In this document: positions 18,960-28,091 of the stretch, piece after piece | Layout: every line of letters starts with the position of its first letter | Numbering within the stretch: the stretch's first letter is position 1 | Program-made: the position numbers and the translations under genes | The notes under the pieces: generated by a model | What the model was told of the DNA's origin: nothing | The model's database searches: none | Seen by the model: the letters and a program-made list of their open reading frames with translations, nothing else | Assembly: GCA_028713555.1 (NCBI GenBank) | Contig: JAQTOA010000014.1 | Location: forward strand, 20,974-84,973 | From: Sterolibacterium sp. | GTDB lineage: Bacteria; Pseudomonadota; Gammaproteobacteria; Burkholderiales; Rhodocyclaceae | DNA: 64,000 nucleotides | Direction: 5' to 3'

Positions 18960-19760
18960 TCATGCAAGACCAATATTTTTAAGAATGGGGAGCCACTTCT
19001 GTACTGCAATCTTCTTGAAGCCCGATGGTTTTGGATGAAGCTCGTTTGCCCAGTCTCCTTCGGCAAGCGTATTAGTGCTATCCACGAGAACGATACGTGT
19101 TTTGTCTATTTTTACAAGTTCCCCAAGCTCGAAGGTGATTCGATTGATCAGATGTTTGATGCACTCGCGGTGCAACTTTTCAGGAACCTTGGCGTTTTCT
19201 AAAGCAGGCTTGAGCCAGTTTCCTTTGTTTCCGAATACGCCCTTGCCTGATGGGAACGCATAGTCGTAGTTGTGCATAACGATCTTCGTCTGAGTGTTTG
19301 TTGAAGCAAGAATTTGACCAATCAGAGCCCGATAACTTTCAGATGTTTTTTTCATCAGCCAGTTAATCGTTCTTTCGTCACCGCCCGTTCTGAAGCAGTC
19401 TTCTGCCTTCGTTGCCTTTGCACAGTCATCGTTAAGCAGTGGCCGCAGATCGTTGAACCCCGCAAAGTCATTTCCGCCACCGCTGATGAATACGCAGGAC
19501 AGCGCCGAACCGTGAAAGCGCAGCGCAGACTTGACTGCCTTGCTGTACTTGCCATAGACGTAGTCGAAGGCCTCGGCGCCATTGTTACCAAGCGCAAGAA
19601 TGTAGTGCTCCTTTTTCGCAACCAGGCGTCCAAGTTGATTGACTAACGATCCGCCGGGAAATGGATACCAGAACCAGGAGTCCCCGATTGCGAGGATTGA
19701 CGGATAGTGGTTATCGTTCTGCATTGAATTCCAGTCCCAGTAAACATTTTCAAAGTTCAT
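18960..19760 (-). CDS. SGNH/GDSL-family hydrolase (no signal peptide)
   Basis: Block I is AIGDSWF, block II LGNNGA, block III SGGGNDF and block V NELHP. 266 aa, with GGAAAGAAG upstream of the ATG. Confidence 0.75.
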   Translation of the reverse strand: MNFENVYWDWNSMQNDNHYPSILAIGDSWFWYPFPGGSLVNQLGRLVAKKEHYILALGNNGAEAFDYVYGKYSKAVKSALRFHGSALSCVFISGGGNDFAGFNDLRPLLNDDCAKATKAEDCFRTGGDERTINWLMKKTSESYRALIGQILASTNTQTKIVMHNYDYAFPSGKGVFGNKGNWLKPALENAKVPEKLHRECIKHLINRITFELGELVKIDKTRIVLVDSTNTLAEGDWANELHPKPSGFKKIAVQKWLPILKNIGLA

Positions 19761-20147
19761 ATCTTCTTTCCTTCAAAGGTGATTGATGTGATGGTGTGAT
19801 GTCTAACGCGAACGTACCTATTTGACGAAAAATATTGCGTCGGTTGATTGGTTTGGCAGGTAATGTGAGATAGAGTGCATTGTATTTTCATGGGCTTACA
19901 GGAATCAGTACCACCTATTGGTGGTGGAAATTCCATCACCTAAACCATCGAATGATGGCGCTCCAAACATCTTGCCAAGTCCATACTTTAATAATGGGTA
20001 ATCATCCCAGCATTCGCTCCAAAATGCAATATGTCCATTGGATTTAGTGCCTCATGTCTTTCCACGGCAAGAAATCTCCGTATGAGAATTCTGGCGTCTG
20101 TCTGAGAGAGACTTGCCGCGAAGTGGGAATTCACATCTAATCGCCGC

Positions 20148-22700
20148 ATGCCTCTCCAACAATTTCTCCCCGGCCTGACTACAGCAGAGGTCGCGACCCG
20201 TCAGGCGTCCGCGGGATACAACGTGCTCGAAACCGATCAGGGGCGATCCCTGTTCGGGATTGCTGTCGAGGTGTTGCGCGAGCCGATGTTCCTGCTGCTG
20301 CTTGGTGCCGGCTCGATCTACCTACTGATGGGGGACGTGCATGAGGCGATGATCCTGCTCGGTTTCGTTGTCGTCATCATGGCCATCACGATTTTCCAGG
20401 AACGCCGCACCGAAAGGGCGCTGGATGCCTTGCGCGACCTGTCCAGCCCGCGCGCGCTGGCGATTCGCGATGGCAATCCGGTTCGCATACCGGGGCGGGA
20501 AGTGGTGCGCGACGACATCCTGATTCTTACCGAAGGCGACCGGGTACCCGCCGACAGCATGGTGCTGACAGCCCACGAACTGGCGGCCGATGAATCGATG
20601 CTGACCGGTGAATCGCTGCCGGTGCTCAAGCTGGTCGGCAACCCGCAAGGGAAAGGCGGCGAGCCTTCAACCGAGGCGTTGCGCGTTTTTGCCGGGACCC
20701 TGGTGACGAGCGGGCAGGGCATCGTGCGTGTCACGGCGATCGGCGGCGCAACCGAATTGGGGCGTATCGGCAAATCCCTGCAGGCCATCGGGAGCGAAAT
20801 CTCCCCGTTGCAACGCGAGATCGGTCTGCTGGCCAAGCGACTGGCGGTGATCGGCAGCGGGCTGTGCCTGGTGCTTACCCTGCTGTATGTGCTTACCCGT
20901 GGCGGCTGGATGGATGGCTTGCTGGCAGGCATCACCCTGGCAATGGGCATTCTGCCGCAGGAATTTCCGGTGATCCTGATTATCTTTCTGGCTTTCGGCG
21001 CGCGTCGCATTGCCCAGCAGCGGGTGTTGACGCGCAAGCTCAGTGCCATCGAAACCCTCGGCGAGACAACCGTCCTGTGTGTCGACAAGACCGGCACCCT
21101 GACGCAAAACCGCATGGCCGTCGCAGCCTTGAGCGTCGGCGAGAAACACTTCGAGGTGGCGAACGCCGCAGCCCTCAAGGAACTGCCGGAAGATTTCCAT
21201 GAGCTGCTGGAATATGGCGTGCTGGCGAGCGAAACCGAGCCTTACGACCCGATGGAGCAAGCCTTTCACCGGCTGGCCCAGGAATACCTGGCCAACACCG
21301 AGCATCTGCATGCCGATTGGGATCTGGCGCGCGAGTATGAACTTTCTCCCGATCTGCTGGCGATGTCGCATCTCTGGCGTATTCCCGGACATCGTCATCA
21401 GGCCGTAGCGGCGAAGGGCGCCCCGGAGGCCATCGCCGATTTGTGCCATCTTGCAGAAGCGGCGCGGCAGCGGGTTGCGGCGCAGGCCGCGGAGATGGCC
21501 GATCGCGGCCTGCGTGTGCTGGGTGTGGCCAAGGCGGCGCACCGTGAGAGCGACTTTCCGGAAATCCAGCATGATTTCGACTTTGTATTTCTCGGCCTGG
21601 TCGGCCTGGCCGATCCGTTGCGTCCCGAGGTGCCGGCAGCGGTAGAGGAATGCCGCCTTGCCGGGATTCGCGTGGTCATGATCACCGGCGACCACCCGCG
21701 CACCGCCCAGGCCATCGCGGCGAGCGCCGGCATCGACAGCACGCGCATCCTGACCGGACAGGACTTGCAGGCGCTCGATGACACTGGAATGGCTGAACGG
21801 GTGCGCGGCGTAGGCGTGTTTGCGCGCGTCACGCCGCAACAGAAATTGAGCATCGTGCAAGCCCTCAAAGCCAATGGCGAAATCGTCGCAATGACCGGCG
21901 ACGGCGTCAATGACGCGCCGGCGCTCAAGTCGGCGCATATCGGCATCGCCATGGGCAAGCGCGGTACCGACGTGGCGCGCGAAGCCGCTGCGCTAGTGCT
22001 GCTCGACGACGATTTCGGCGCCATCGTGCATGCGGTCCATCTAGGCCGAAGAATTTTCCGCAACCTGCGCCAGGCGATGATCTATACCCTGGCGGTGCAT
22101 GTGCCGATCATCGGGCTTTCCGTCCTGCCGCTGCTGTTCGGTCTGCCGCTGGTGTTGGCGCCGATCCACATCGCTTTTCTGGAACTGGTCATCGATCCGG
22201 CCTGCTCGGTTGTTTTTGAAGCCGAGGAAAGCGACGAGCAGGTCATGCGCCGACCGCCGAGAAGCCCGCAGGAGAGCCTGGTATCCACAAGTCATATTTC
22301 CCTGAGCTTGGTCCAGGGCCTGCTCACTACGCTGGTGGTGGCGGCGCTGTACGGGGTCTCTCTTGCGGCGGGCATTGCCACCCCGGAAGCCCGCGGCATG
22401 GCTTTCGTTACGCTGATCGCCGCCAATTCCATCCTGATCTTCAGCAGCCGTTCGACGACAGCGGGGCCAAGACAAACCCTGCGCGGCATCAATCCGGTGA
22501 GTTACTGGGTACTGGGCGGCACCGCACTCGGCCTGCTTGCCATCACCCGTATCCCTCTGCTGGCAGGGCCGTTTGGCTTTACGCCAACGGCTTGGGGTCT
22601 TTGGCTGGCGGCGCTTGGCGTTGGTGCGGCAAGCTTCGTGTTGTTTGAAGCGACCAAGCTGATTTTCGCGGCGCTCAAAATGCCTATAAGTCCGCGATAA
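20148..22700 (+). CDS. P-type cation-transporting ATPase (type II, Ca2+/Mg2+-like)
   Basis: 850 aa. It has the TGES actuator motif, the DKTGTLT phosphorylation site, MITGDH, the TGDGVNDAPALK hinge and about 10 TM segments. Confidence 0.92.
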   Translation: MPLQQFLPGLTTAEVATRQASAGYNVLETDQGRSLFGIAVEVLREPMFLLLLGAGSIYLLMGDVHEAMILLGFVVVIMAITIFQERRTERALDALRDLSSPRALAIRDGNPVRIPGREVVRDDILILTEGDRVPADSMVLTAHELAADESMLTGESLPVLKLVGNPQGKGGEPSTEALRVFAGTLVTSGQGIVRVTAIGGATELGRIGKSLQAIGSEISPLQREIGLLAKRLAVIGSGLCLVLTLLYVLTRGGWMDGLLAGITLAMGILPQEFPVILIIFLAFGARRIAQQRVLTRKLSAIETLGETTVLCVDKTGTLTQNRMAVAALSVGEKHFEVANAAALKELPEDFHELLEYGVLASETEPYDPMEQAFHRLAQEYLANTEHLHADWDLAREYELSPDLLAMSHLWRIPGHRHQAVAAKGAPEAIADLCHLAEAARQRVAAQAAEMADRGLRVLGVAKAAHRESDFPEIQHDFDFVFLGLVGLADPLRPEVPAAVEECRLAGIRVVMITGDHPRTAQAIAASAGIDSTRILTGQDLQALDDTGMAERVRGVGVFARVTPQQKLSIVQALKANGEIVAMTGDGVNDAPALKSAHIGIAMGKRGTDVAREAAALVLLDDDFGAIVHAVHLGRRIFRNLRQAMIYTLAVHVPIIGLSVLPLLFGLPLVLAPIHIAFLELVIDPACSVVFEAEESDEQVMRRPPRSPQESLVSTSHISLSLVQGLLTTLVVAALYGVSLAAGIATPEARGMAFVTLIAANSILIFSSRSTTAGPRQTLRGINPVSYWVLGGTALGLLAITRIPLLAGPFGFTPTAWGLWLAALGVGAASFVLFEATKLIFAALKMPISPR

Positions 22701-23124
22701 CCGGATATCTCAACAAATCCGCTATCTGCTTCCACCTGTACGGCATTCGGGGTTGGCAGAAATAACCATCGGCTCATTGCGGGAAACGCAACGCCGGATC
22801 AAGCTCCGTCACTTGCAGCAGGCTACTGGAAAATGGGTAGTCGACAATATGGTGTTTCCGGTATTTCCTAATAAATAGGCGCATCGTATTCTCCGTCCAT
22901 GTATTGCGCGAGGTTAAGCGGAAACGGTATGGATTTTCTCCCGGATCAACGCGATGAGGTTGTTGCCCAATTTCAGGATCGGTCAGGAACAGAACGCGGC
23001 GTAGATCGCCCAGGCTTGCGGCGCATGCGTATGCGGTGGACGGCAAAGCCGTCGCAACGGCCAACGAACAAGGTTTCGAACGCTTCTGAGCAAGGCTTAC
23101 GTTCGCGATAGAAAGGATAGTTTG

Positions 23125-23973
23125 ATGCGTAGCATCAACGTGGCTTTACTTCGTTGTCTGGTTCCAGTCATGTTGGTATTTGGCGCAGCCTCGTCGGTGT
23201 CCGCCGGGGAGGGAAATGTCTATACCCTTGCCGTCATCCCTTCGGCCCCGCCAGTCACTTTGCATACCCAGTGGATGTCTTTTGTGGAGCGCCTTTCCAA
23301 GGCGACCAGGTTTGAATTCCGTCTCAAGTTGTACGAAAAAATGGCCAAATTCGAACGGGATATCTGGAGCGGCGCACCAGACTTGATTTTTTCCTCACCC
23401 CTTCAGGCCATGGTAGCCCACACGTCGAATGGCTACGCTCCTCTGTTGCGCGGCAGGAGTCCGGTTACTGTCGGACTTTTCGTGCGCAAGGACTCCCCGA
23501 TCAAGAGTATCGACGATCTGGCAGGAAAGAAGATTGCCTTTGTCGGCAACAAGAATCTTTGCAGCGTTGCCATGCAGCACCTGTTGGCAAAATACGAAGG
23601 AAAATTGTCCTTCGACAAGGAGTACTCGGGTTCGACCAGAAACGTGATCATTAATGTGCTCCTGGGCAAGAGCGATGCCGGATCGGTGTTCATGCCGGAT
23701 ATGGCGCGGGAGTCCGAGGACACCCGCAGTCAGCTTCGTGAGATCGTGAAGACGCCGGAAATTGCCTCTCATCCGCTCAGCGCCCATCCGCGCGTACCCA
23801 AGGCAGACCAAGAGGCGGTGAAGAAAGCCACGCTTGCCATTGCGGCGACCAAGAACGGTGCGGAACTTCTCAAGTCCCTCAGGCTGGAGGCTCCGGTTGC
23901 AGCGGATTACGAAAGAGATTACCGGGCTCTGGAAGAAATCGACGTCAAGGGTCTTACCAACTGGGGACAGTGA
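23125..23973 (+). CDS. periplasmic PhnD-like substrate-binding protein
   Basis: Has a signal peptide, then YTLAVIPSAPPVTLHTQWMSFVERL...LKLYEKMAKFERDIWSGAPDLIF, typical of phosphonate-type SBP folds often paired with sensor kinases. Its stop lies 1 nt before the kinase ATG. Confidence 0.7.
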   Translation: MRSINVALLRCLVPVMLVFGAASSVSAGEGNVYTLAVIPSAPPVTLHTQWMSFVERLSKATRFEFRLKLYEKMAKFERDIWSGAPDLIFSSPLQAMVAHTSNGYAPLLRGRSPVTVGLFVRKDSPIKSIDDLAGKKIAFVGNKNLCSVAMQHLLAKYEGKLSFDKEYSGSTRNVIINVLLGKSDAGSVFMPDMARESEDTRSQLREIVKTPEIASHPLSAHPRVPKADQEAVKKATLAIAATKNGAELLKSLRLEAPVAADYERDYRALEEIDVKGLTNWGQ

Positions 23974-23974
23974 G

Positions 23975-25816
23975 ATGTCGCTTCTGCCGCGCCATTTGAA
24001 TACCCGAATCATCCTGAAGGTTTCGTGTATTCTGCTGGCGACCGGCATCGCTTTTGGCTGGATGACCGCCAAGGATCAGACCGCCAGCCTCCTGGCAACC
24101 ATGCGCCTCGGTTCGTCGGTCATGGCCAGGAACTTTGCTGAAAGCTGCGCCCGCTACCTGTTGGTTCAGGACTATGCCGAGTTGGAAACCTTTCTGCTCA
24201 AATCGGCGGAGTTGCCCGACATCCGGCGGCTCCAGATCTGCGAACCGGACGGTACCCTGATCTGGAATGTCGAACGCAGCCCCGCGGGACAACCGCTGGC
24301 AAAGACAGGCATCGCCCGCCTGATTCCCCCGTCATCCCGAACCGCGCAGATCACCACGGAAAACGACTTGCTGATCATTTGGCAGCCTATCGAAGCGGGA
24401 AGCCTGCTTGGCTGGCTCAAGGCCGACTTTAGCCTGGCGACGATCCAAGCGGCTCAGGTGAAAACTTGGGAACACACCCTTTTCCTGGTTATGGCCTGGG
24501 TTGTTGGCAGCGCCTTGCTGATCGTCCTGATTCTGCGCCCCATCGTGCAATCGGTCGGCAGGCTGACCGCTTTTTCAAAGCAACTCGACGAGCACAAGGG
24601 GGATCAGATTTCAGTCGGTAACCAACCGCTCGAAATTACCGAGTTGGGAGCATCCCTCAACGAAGCTTCGGCCAAGCTGCTATCCACGGAACGGCAGTTG
24701 CTCGATGAACAACTGCGCTTGCGCGAGAGCGAGGTGATGTATCGTTCGCTGGTTACCTCGATGGCTGAAGGAGTGGTTTTTCAAGCGGCGAATGGGGAGA
24801 TCACAGCGGTCAATCCTGCAGCGGAAAAAATTGCGGGACGCAGCTTCGAGCAGTTGCTCGGCAGGTTCTCCGACGACTCGCAATGGAGGGCGCTGCATGA
24901 AGACGGCAAATCTTTCCCGGGCGATCTGCATCCCGCCATGGTTACGTTGCGTACCGGGGAGCCGCAAACCGACGTGGTCATGGGCATTCACCGGCCGGAT
25001 GACAAGATGGTCTGGATTTCTGTCAACTCGCAACCGCTCACGGCTGTCGGAGAGCCACGGCCTTACGCAGTGGTGACGACCTTTCACGACATCACTGGGC
25101 GCAAGCGGGCCGAGGAAAAACTAAAACGCAGCAATGCCGACCTGCAGCGCTTTGCCGAAGTGACGGCGCACCATCTGCAGGAACCGGCGCGGCGCATGGC
25201 CAACTACGCCGAGCGCTTAACCAGGCAACTGGGCGATCGACTCGACGATGACGAAGCTCGCATTTCGCTCGAATTCATCGGGCAAGAGTCGCGTCGCCAA
25301 CAAGCCCTGCTGCGCGATGTTGAGCGGTATCTGGCGGCAGATCAGCCGCGCGGCAAGATCGAGTCAGTCGACGCGCGCCAGACAGTCGCCAAAATACTGG
25401 CGCGATCGAAAGCCAGGATCAGCGAAACCGGGGCGGAAATCGTCTTGGGCAATCTGCCGCCATGCCGCATCGACTTGTCGCGCCTGAACGACGTCTTCTC
25501 GGTCGCACTGGACAACGCCCTGACTCATGGCTGCGGCCAGCATCTCTTGCGCATCTCGATCGAGGGCGAACGCCAAGGAAGTAAAGTGCGCTACAGTATC
25601 AGCGACAATGGTCCCGGAGTGGAGGCGCAGTATCGCGAGCGGGTGTTTTGGGTGTTTGAGCGATTGACAGCGGACGATAATACTGCCGGTACCGGCATCG
25701 GGCTCGCGATCCTGCGACGAATTGCGGAGAGCTGCGAAGGGAGTGCGTGGGTCGAAGAAAACCCGGGAGGTGGCTGCCGCCTGCTGTTTGAATTACCTAC
25801 AGGAGAACCGCTTTGA
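23975..25816 (+). CDS. sensor histidine kinase (TM, extracytoplasmic region, PAS, HisKA, HATPase)
   Basis: The ATG is at 23975 (MSLLPRHL...). There are two TM segments and a PAS region (YRSLVTSMAEGVVFQAANGEITAVNPAAEKIAG). The H-box is VTAHHLQEPARRM. The ATPase has N and G boxes (DNALTHG, GTGIGLAI). Confidence 0.88.
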   Translation: MSLLPRHLNTRIILKVSCILLATGIAFGWMTAKDQTASLLATMRLGSSVMARNFAESCARYLLVQDYAELETFLLKSAELPDIRRLQICEPDGTLIWNVERSPAGQPLAKTGIARLIPPSSRTAQITTENDLLIIWQPIEAGSLLGWLKADFSLATIQAAQVKTWEHTLFLVMAWVVGSALLIVLILRPIVQSVGRLTAFSKQLDEHKGDQISVGNQPLEITELGASLNEASAKLLSTERQLLDEQLRLRESEVMYRSLVTSMAEGVVFQAANGEITAVNPAAEKIAGRSFEQLLGRFSDDSQWRALHEDGKSFPGDLHPAMVTLRTGEPQTDVVMGIHRPDDKMVWISVNSQPLTAVGEPRPYAVVTTFHDITGRKRAEEKLKRSNADLQRFAEVTAHHLQEPARRMANYAERLTRQLGDRLDDDEARISLEFIGQESRRQQALLRDVERYLAADQPRGKIESVDARQTVAKILARSKARISETGAEIVLGNLPPCRIDLSRLNDVFSVALDNALTHGCGQHLLRISIEGERQGSKVRYSISDNGPGVEAQYRERVFWVFERLTADDNTAGTGIGLAILRRIAESCEGSAWVEENPGGGCRLLFELPTGEPL

Positions 25817-26274
25817 GCGATATCACGCCACGTTTCAACATTCTGCTGGTTGAAGATGAAAAGGCCGACGCCCACTTGGTGAAGGCCGCCATTCTCGAAA
25901 ACCGTATTCTGGCCGACCTGCAGCATGTGCTTGACGGCCGGGAGGCTCTTGAATACCTGCGCCATCAGGACCCGCGCTTTGTCGATGCCCGGCGCCCGGA
26001 CCTGATCCTGCTCGATCTCAACATGCCGCGCATGGACGGGAGGGAACTTCTTACCGCGCTGAAGCAAGACCGGGATCTGTGCAACATCCCGGTGGTCGTG
26101 CTGACCACCTCCGAAGTCGAGCGTGATGTCATCGCTTCCTATAACCTGGGCGCTGCCGGCTACATTACGAAGCCGATGGATGTGGTCCAGTTCATAGCTG
26201 TCATCCGCGATCTGGGCAACTACTGGTTTACGTTGGTGCGTCTGCCGGAACAACGCATGAAGCCCTGCGAATAA
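25813..26274 (+). CDS. single-domain response regulator (CheY/Rcp1-like)
   Basis: The TTG start has AGGAGA upstream and overlaps the kinase stop. It reads ILLVEDEKADAHL...PDLILLDLNMPRMDGRELL...VVVLTTS...GAAGYITKP. No output domain. Confidence 0.88.
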   Translation: MSDITPRFNILLVEDEKADAHLVKAAILENRILADLQHVLDGREALEYLRHQDPRFVDARRPDLILLDLNMPRMDGRELLTALKQDRDLCNIPVVVLTTSEVERDVIASYNLGAAGYITKPMDVVQFIAVIRDLGNYWFTLVRLPEQRMKPCE

Positions 26275-26346
26275 AGCTGGCGTACCCGCCGACATTGTCG
26301 GAGATCTGCACCGGCGCCATAACCGCAATCTTCATTTCGCCCGCTC

Positions 26347-27456
26347 TCACAGGGAAGGAACGGCCATCAATTTCCGGACATGGCCGTGCCTCGATTCTTC
26401 AATCGCCAGTCCCTCTCGAATCCGTTCCAGCACCAGCGGTTTCTCATCGGGGAATCGATACCCCTCGTAATCCTGCCGGAACAGCAGCCCGCCGCGATGG
26501 TCAACCCAGGAATTCATCGCATGGTCGAAGCAGACCCGCGACGTTACATCGAGATTGCCGATCATCCAGGCCAATTCCTCCAGCCGCTCATGAGGAGAGG
26601 AGAGGCACATGCGACCCTTTGCGACATCTTCGAAGAGCGGAGTTCCCGGCCGGGGGACCAAGGGCCGGGAGCGAATGTAGTGGGGATTGATCGCCGAAAG
26701 AACGCGGGCCGTATTCTCCGCATGCTGCCGTCGCCGCTCCCTGCCGCCCAGATCCGGCATCCAGTATTCCGACACCTGGAAGCCTGCGGCGATGGCCTTA
26801 CGGCCTCCTTCGATCTGCTCGGCGCTCGTCACTCCCTTGCGGACGTGAACCAGCAATTCGTCATCCCCCGTCTCGAGTCCGATATGAAGGCGGTCGAGAC
26901 CCGCCTCGCGGATCATCTGGAGTTCCTCCGGCTTTTTCCGGGCCAGGGTTTTCGAGCGGGCATAGGTGGTTACCCGGCTCAAGGAGGCCAGGGTTTCCCG
27001 GAGGTGCTTCAGTGCCACCACGAACTCGGGAGTTCTCATGATCATGCTGTTGGCGTCTTGCAGGAAGGCCGTTTTCCCGCCGGAGGAAAGCCAGTTGAAA
27101 ACCGTTATGAAGCTGGGGTTCTCGGCGAGATCGCGGCCTTCAGCGAGCAGGGCGGCGCCTAGCTCGTGGGAGATATTTCCGCCCATCCCCAGCTTCGATG
27201 AAACCGCCGTGATTTCATCGCGCATCGCCGCAACCCTGTCGATATCGGCGTTGATTTCCTCCACAGGCCGGTAGACGAAGCGATGTCCACGGTACATTTC
27301 GCAGAAAGTGCATTGGTTCCACGGACAATTCTCGGTCACCCTGAGGAGAAGGGAGGCGCTGCCCCCCTCGCTCGGCGGCCGGTACATTCCAATCTTGAAG
27401 GAGAGCGCCCGCAGCCTCTCAACATGTTTCCGAAGCCCATCGCCGTTCGTCATCAT
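26347..27456 (-). CDS. radical SAM protein with CX4CX2C cluster motif
   Basis: CPWNQCTFC lies at 27301-27327, followed by EMYRGHRF. TIM-barrel-like blocks include LHIGLETGDDELL. The ATG at 27456 has AGAGGA upstream; the ORF track start at 27516 is an extension. Confidence 0.8.
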   Translation of the reverse strand: MMTNGDGLRKHVERLRALSFKIGMYRPPSEGGSASLLLRVTENCPWNQCTFCEMYRGHRFVYRPVEEINADIDRVAAMRDEITAVSSKLGMGGNISHELGAALLAEGRDLAENPSFITVFNWLSSGGKTAFLQDANSMIMRTPEFVVALKHLRETLASLSRVTTYARSKTLARKKPEELQMIREAGLDRLHIGLETGDDELLVHVRKGVTSAEQIEGGRKAIAAGFQVSEYWMPDLGGRERRRQHAENTARVLSAINPHYIRSRPLVPRPGTPLFEDVAKGRMCLSSPHERLEELAWMIGNLDVTSRVCFDHAMNSWVDHRGGLLFRQDYEGYRFPDEKPLVLERIREGLAIEESRHGHVRKLMAVPSL

Positions 27457-27607
27457 TGCCACATTCCTCTGGATTTTGCTCGTTTCACTCGTGGCGTGGA
27501 CGCCGTGCGAGCGCAATAAAAGTTAGTATAACCATCTTGCAGGAACTTTCCGGCATGCGGCTGCAAATCACAGATGCCGGTCGAAAATCTTCGTCGGGAC
27601 GGTCACC

Positions 27608-28027
27608 ATGAAAAACTATCGCAAGGAACTTTGGTTCGACATCCCATCGCGCGTTGCTTTCATCAACATCACCCAGAAAATTAGCGAGTGTCTCGCCGAA
27701 AGCGGAATCCGGGAGGGGTTGGCCCTGGTCAACGCCATGCACATTACCGCCAGCGTGTTCATCAATGACGACGAATCCGGATTGCATCACGATTACAGGG
27801 AATGGCTGGAACGGTTGGCGCCGCACGAACCTGTCGGTTCATATCGTCATAACGACACTGGCGAGGATAATGCCGATGCTCACCTGAAGCGCCAGGTCAT
27901 GGGCCGCGAAGTGGTTGTCGCAGTCACCGGCGGCAGGCTCGATTTCGGACCGTGGGAGCAGATTTTCTACGGAGAGTTCGACGGCCACCGCAAGAAGCGC
28001 ATACTGGTCAAGATTATCGGCGATTAA
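27608..28027 (+). CDS. YjbQ/UPF0047 family protein
   Basis: 139 aa. The pattern [46 protein letters not shown]...[15 protein letters not shown]...[15 protein letters not shown] is the UPF0047 signature. Confidence 0.88.
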   Translation: MKNYRKELWFDIPSRVAFINITQKISECLAESGIREGLALVNAMHITASVFINDDESGLHHDYREWLERLAPHEPVGSYRHNDTGEDNADAHLKRQVMGREVVVAVTGGRLDFGPWEQIFYGEFDGHRKKRILVKIIGD

Positions 28028-28091
28028 GCATAGCCTTGCGGCCGGCACCAGCGAAAGGGTTCGGATGGGGACCCCTTCGGCTTGATTGCCG

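Noticed and set aside
19861-20060. Short minus-strand ORF pieces in the AT-rich leader of the SGNH cassette (MDILHFGANAGMITHY*, YGLGKMFGAPSFDGLGDGISTTNRWY*, and the 60-codon ORF 19757-19939), considered as a bacteriocin-like peptide or a decayed fourth gene.
   Set aside because: The pieces lie in three different frames, each below 60 codons with no ribosome-binding site and no recognisable family. They are mentioned under the cassette finding but are too weak to annotate.
22774-23064. A 96-codon minus-strand ORF (and the 70-codon plus-strand ORF at 22899-23111) in the gap between the P-type ATPase gene and the PhnD-like gene.
   Set aside because: No ribosome-binding site, no recognisable motif, odd composition and mutually overlapping frames. 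Most likely this is a non-coding promoter region.
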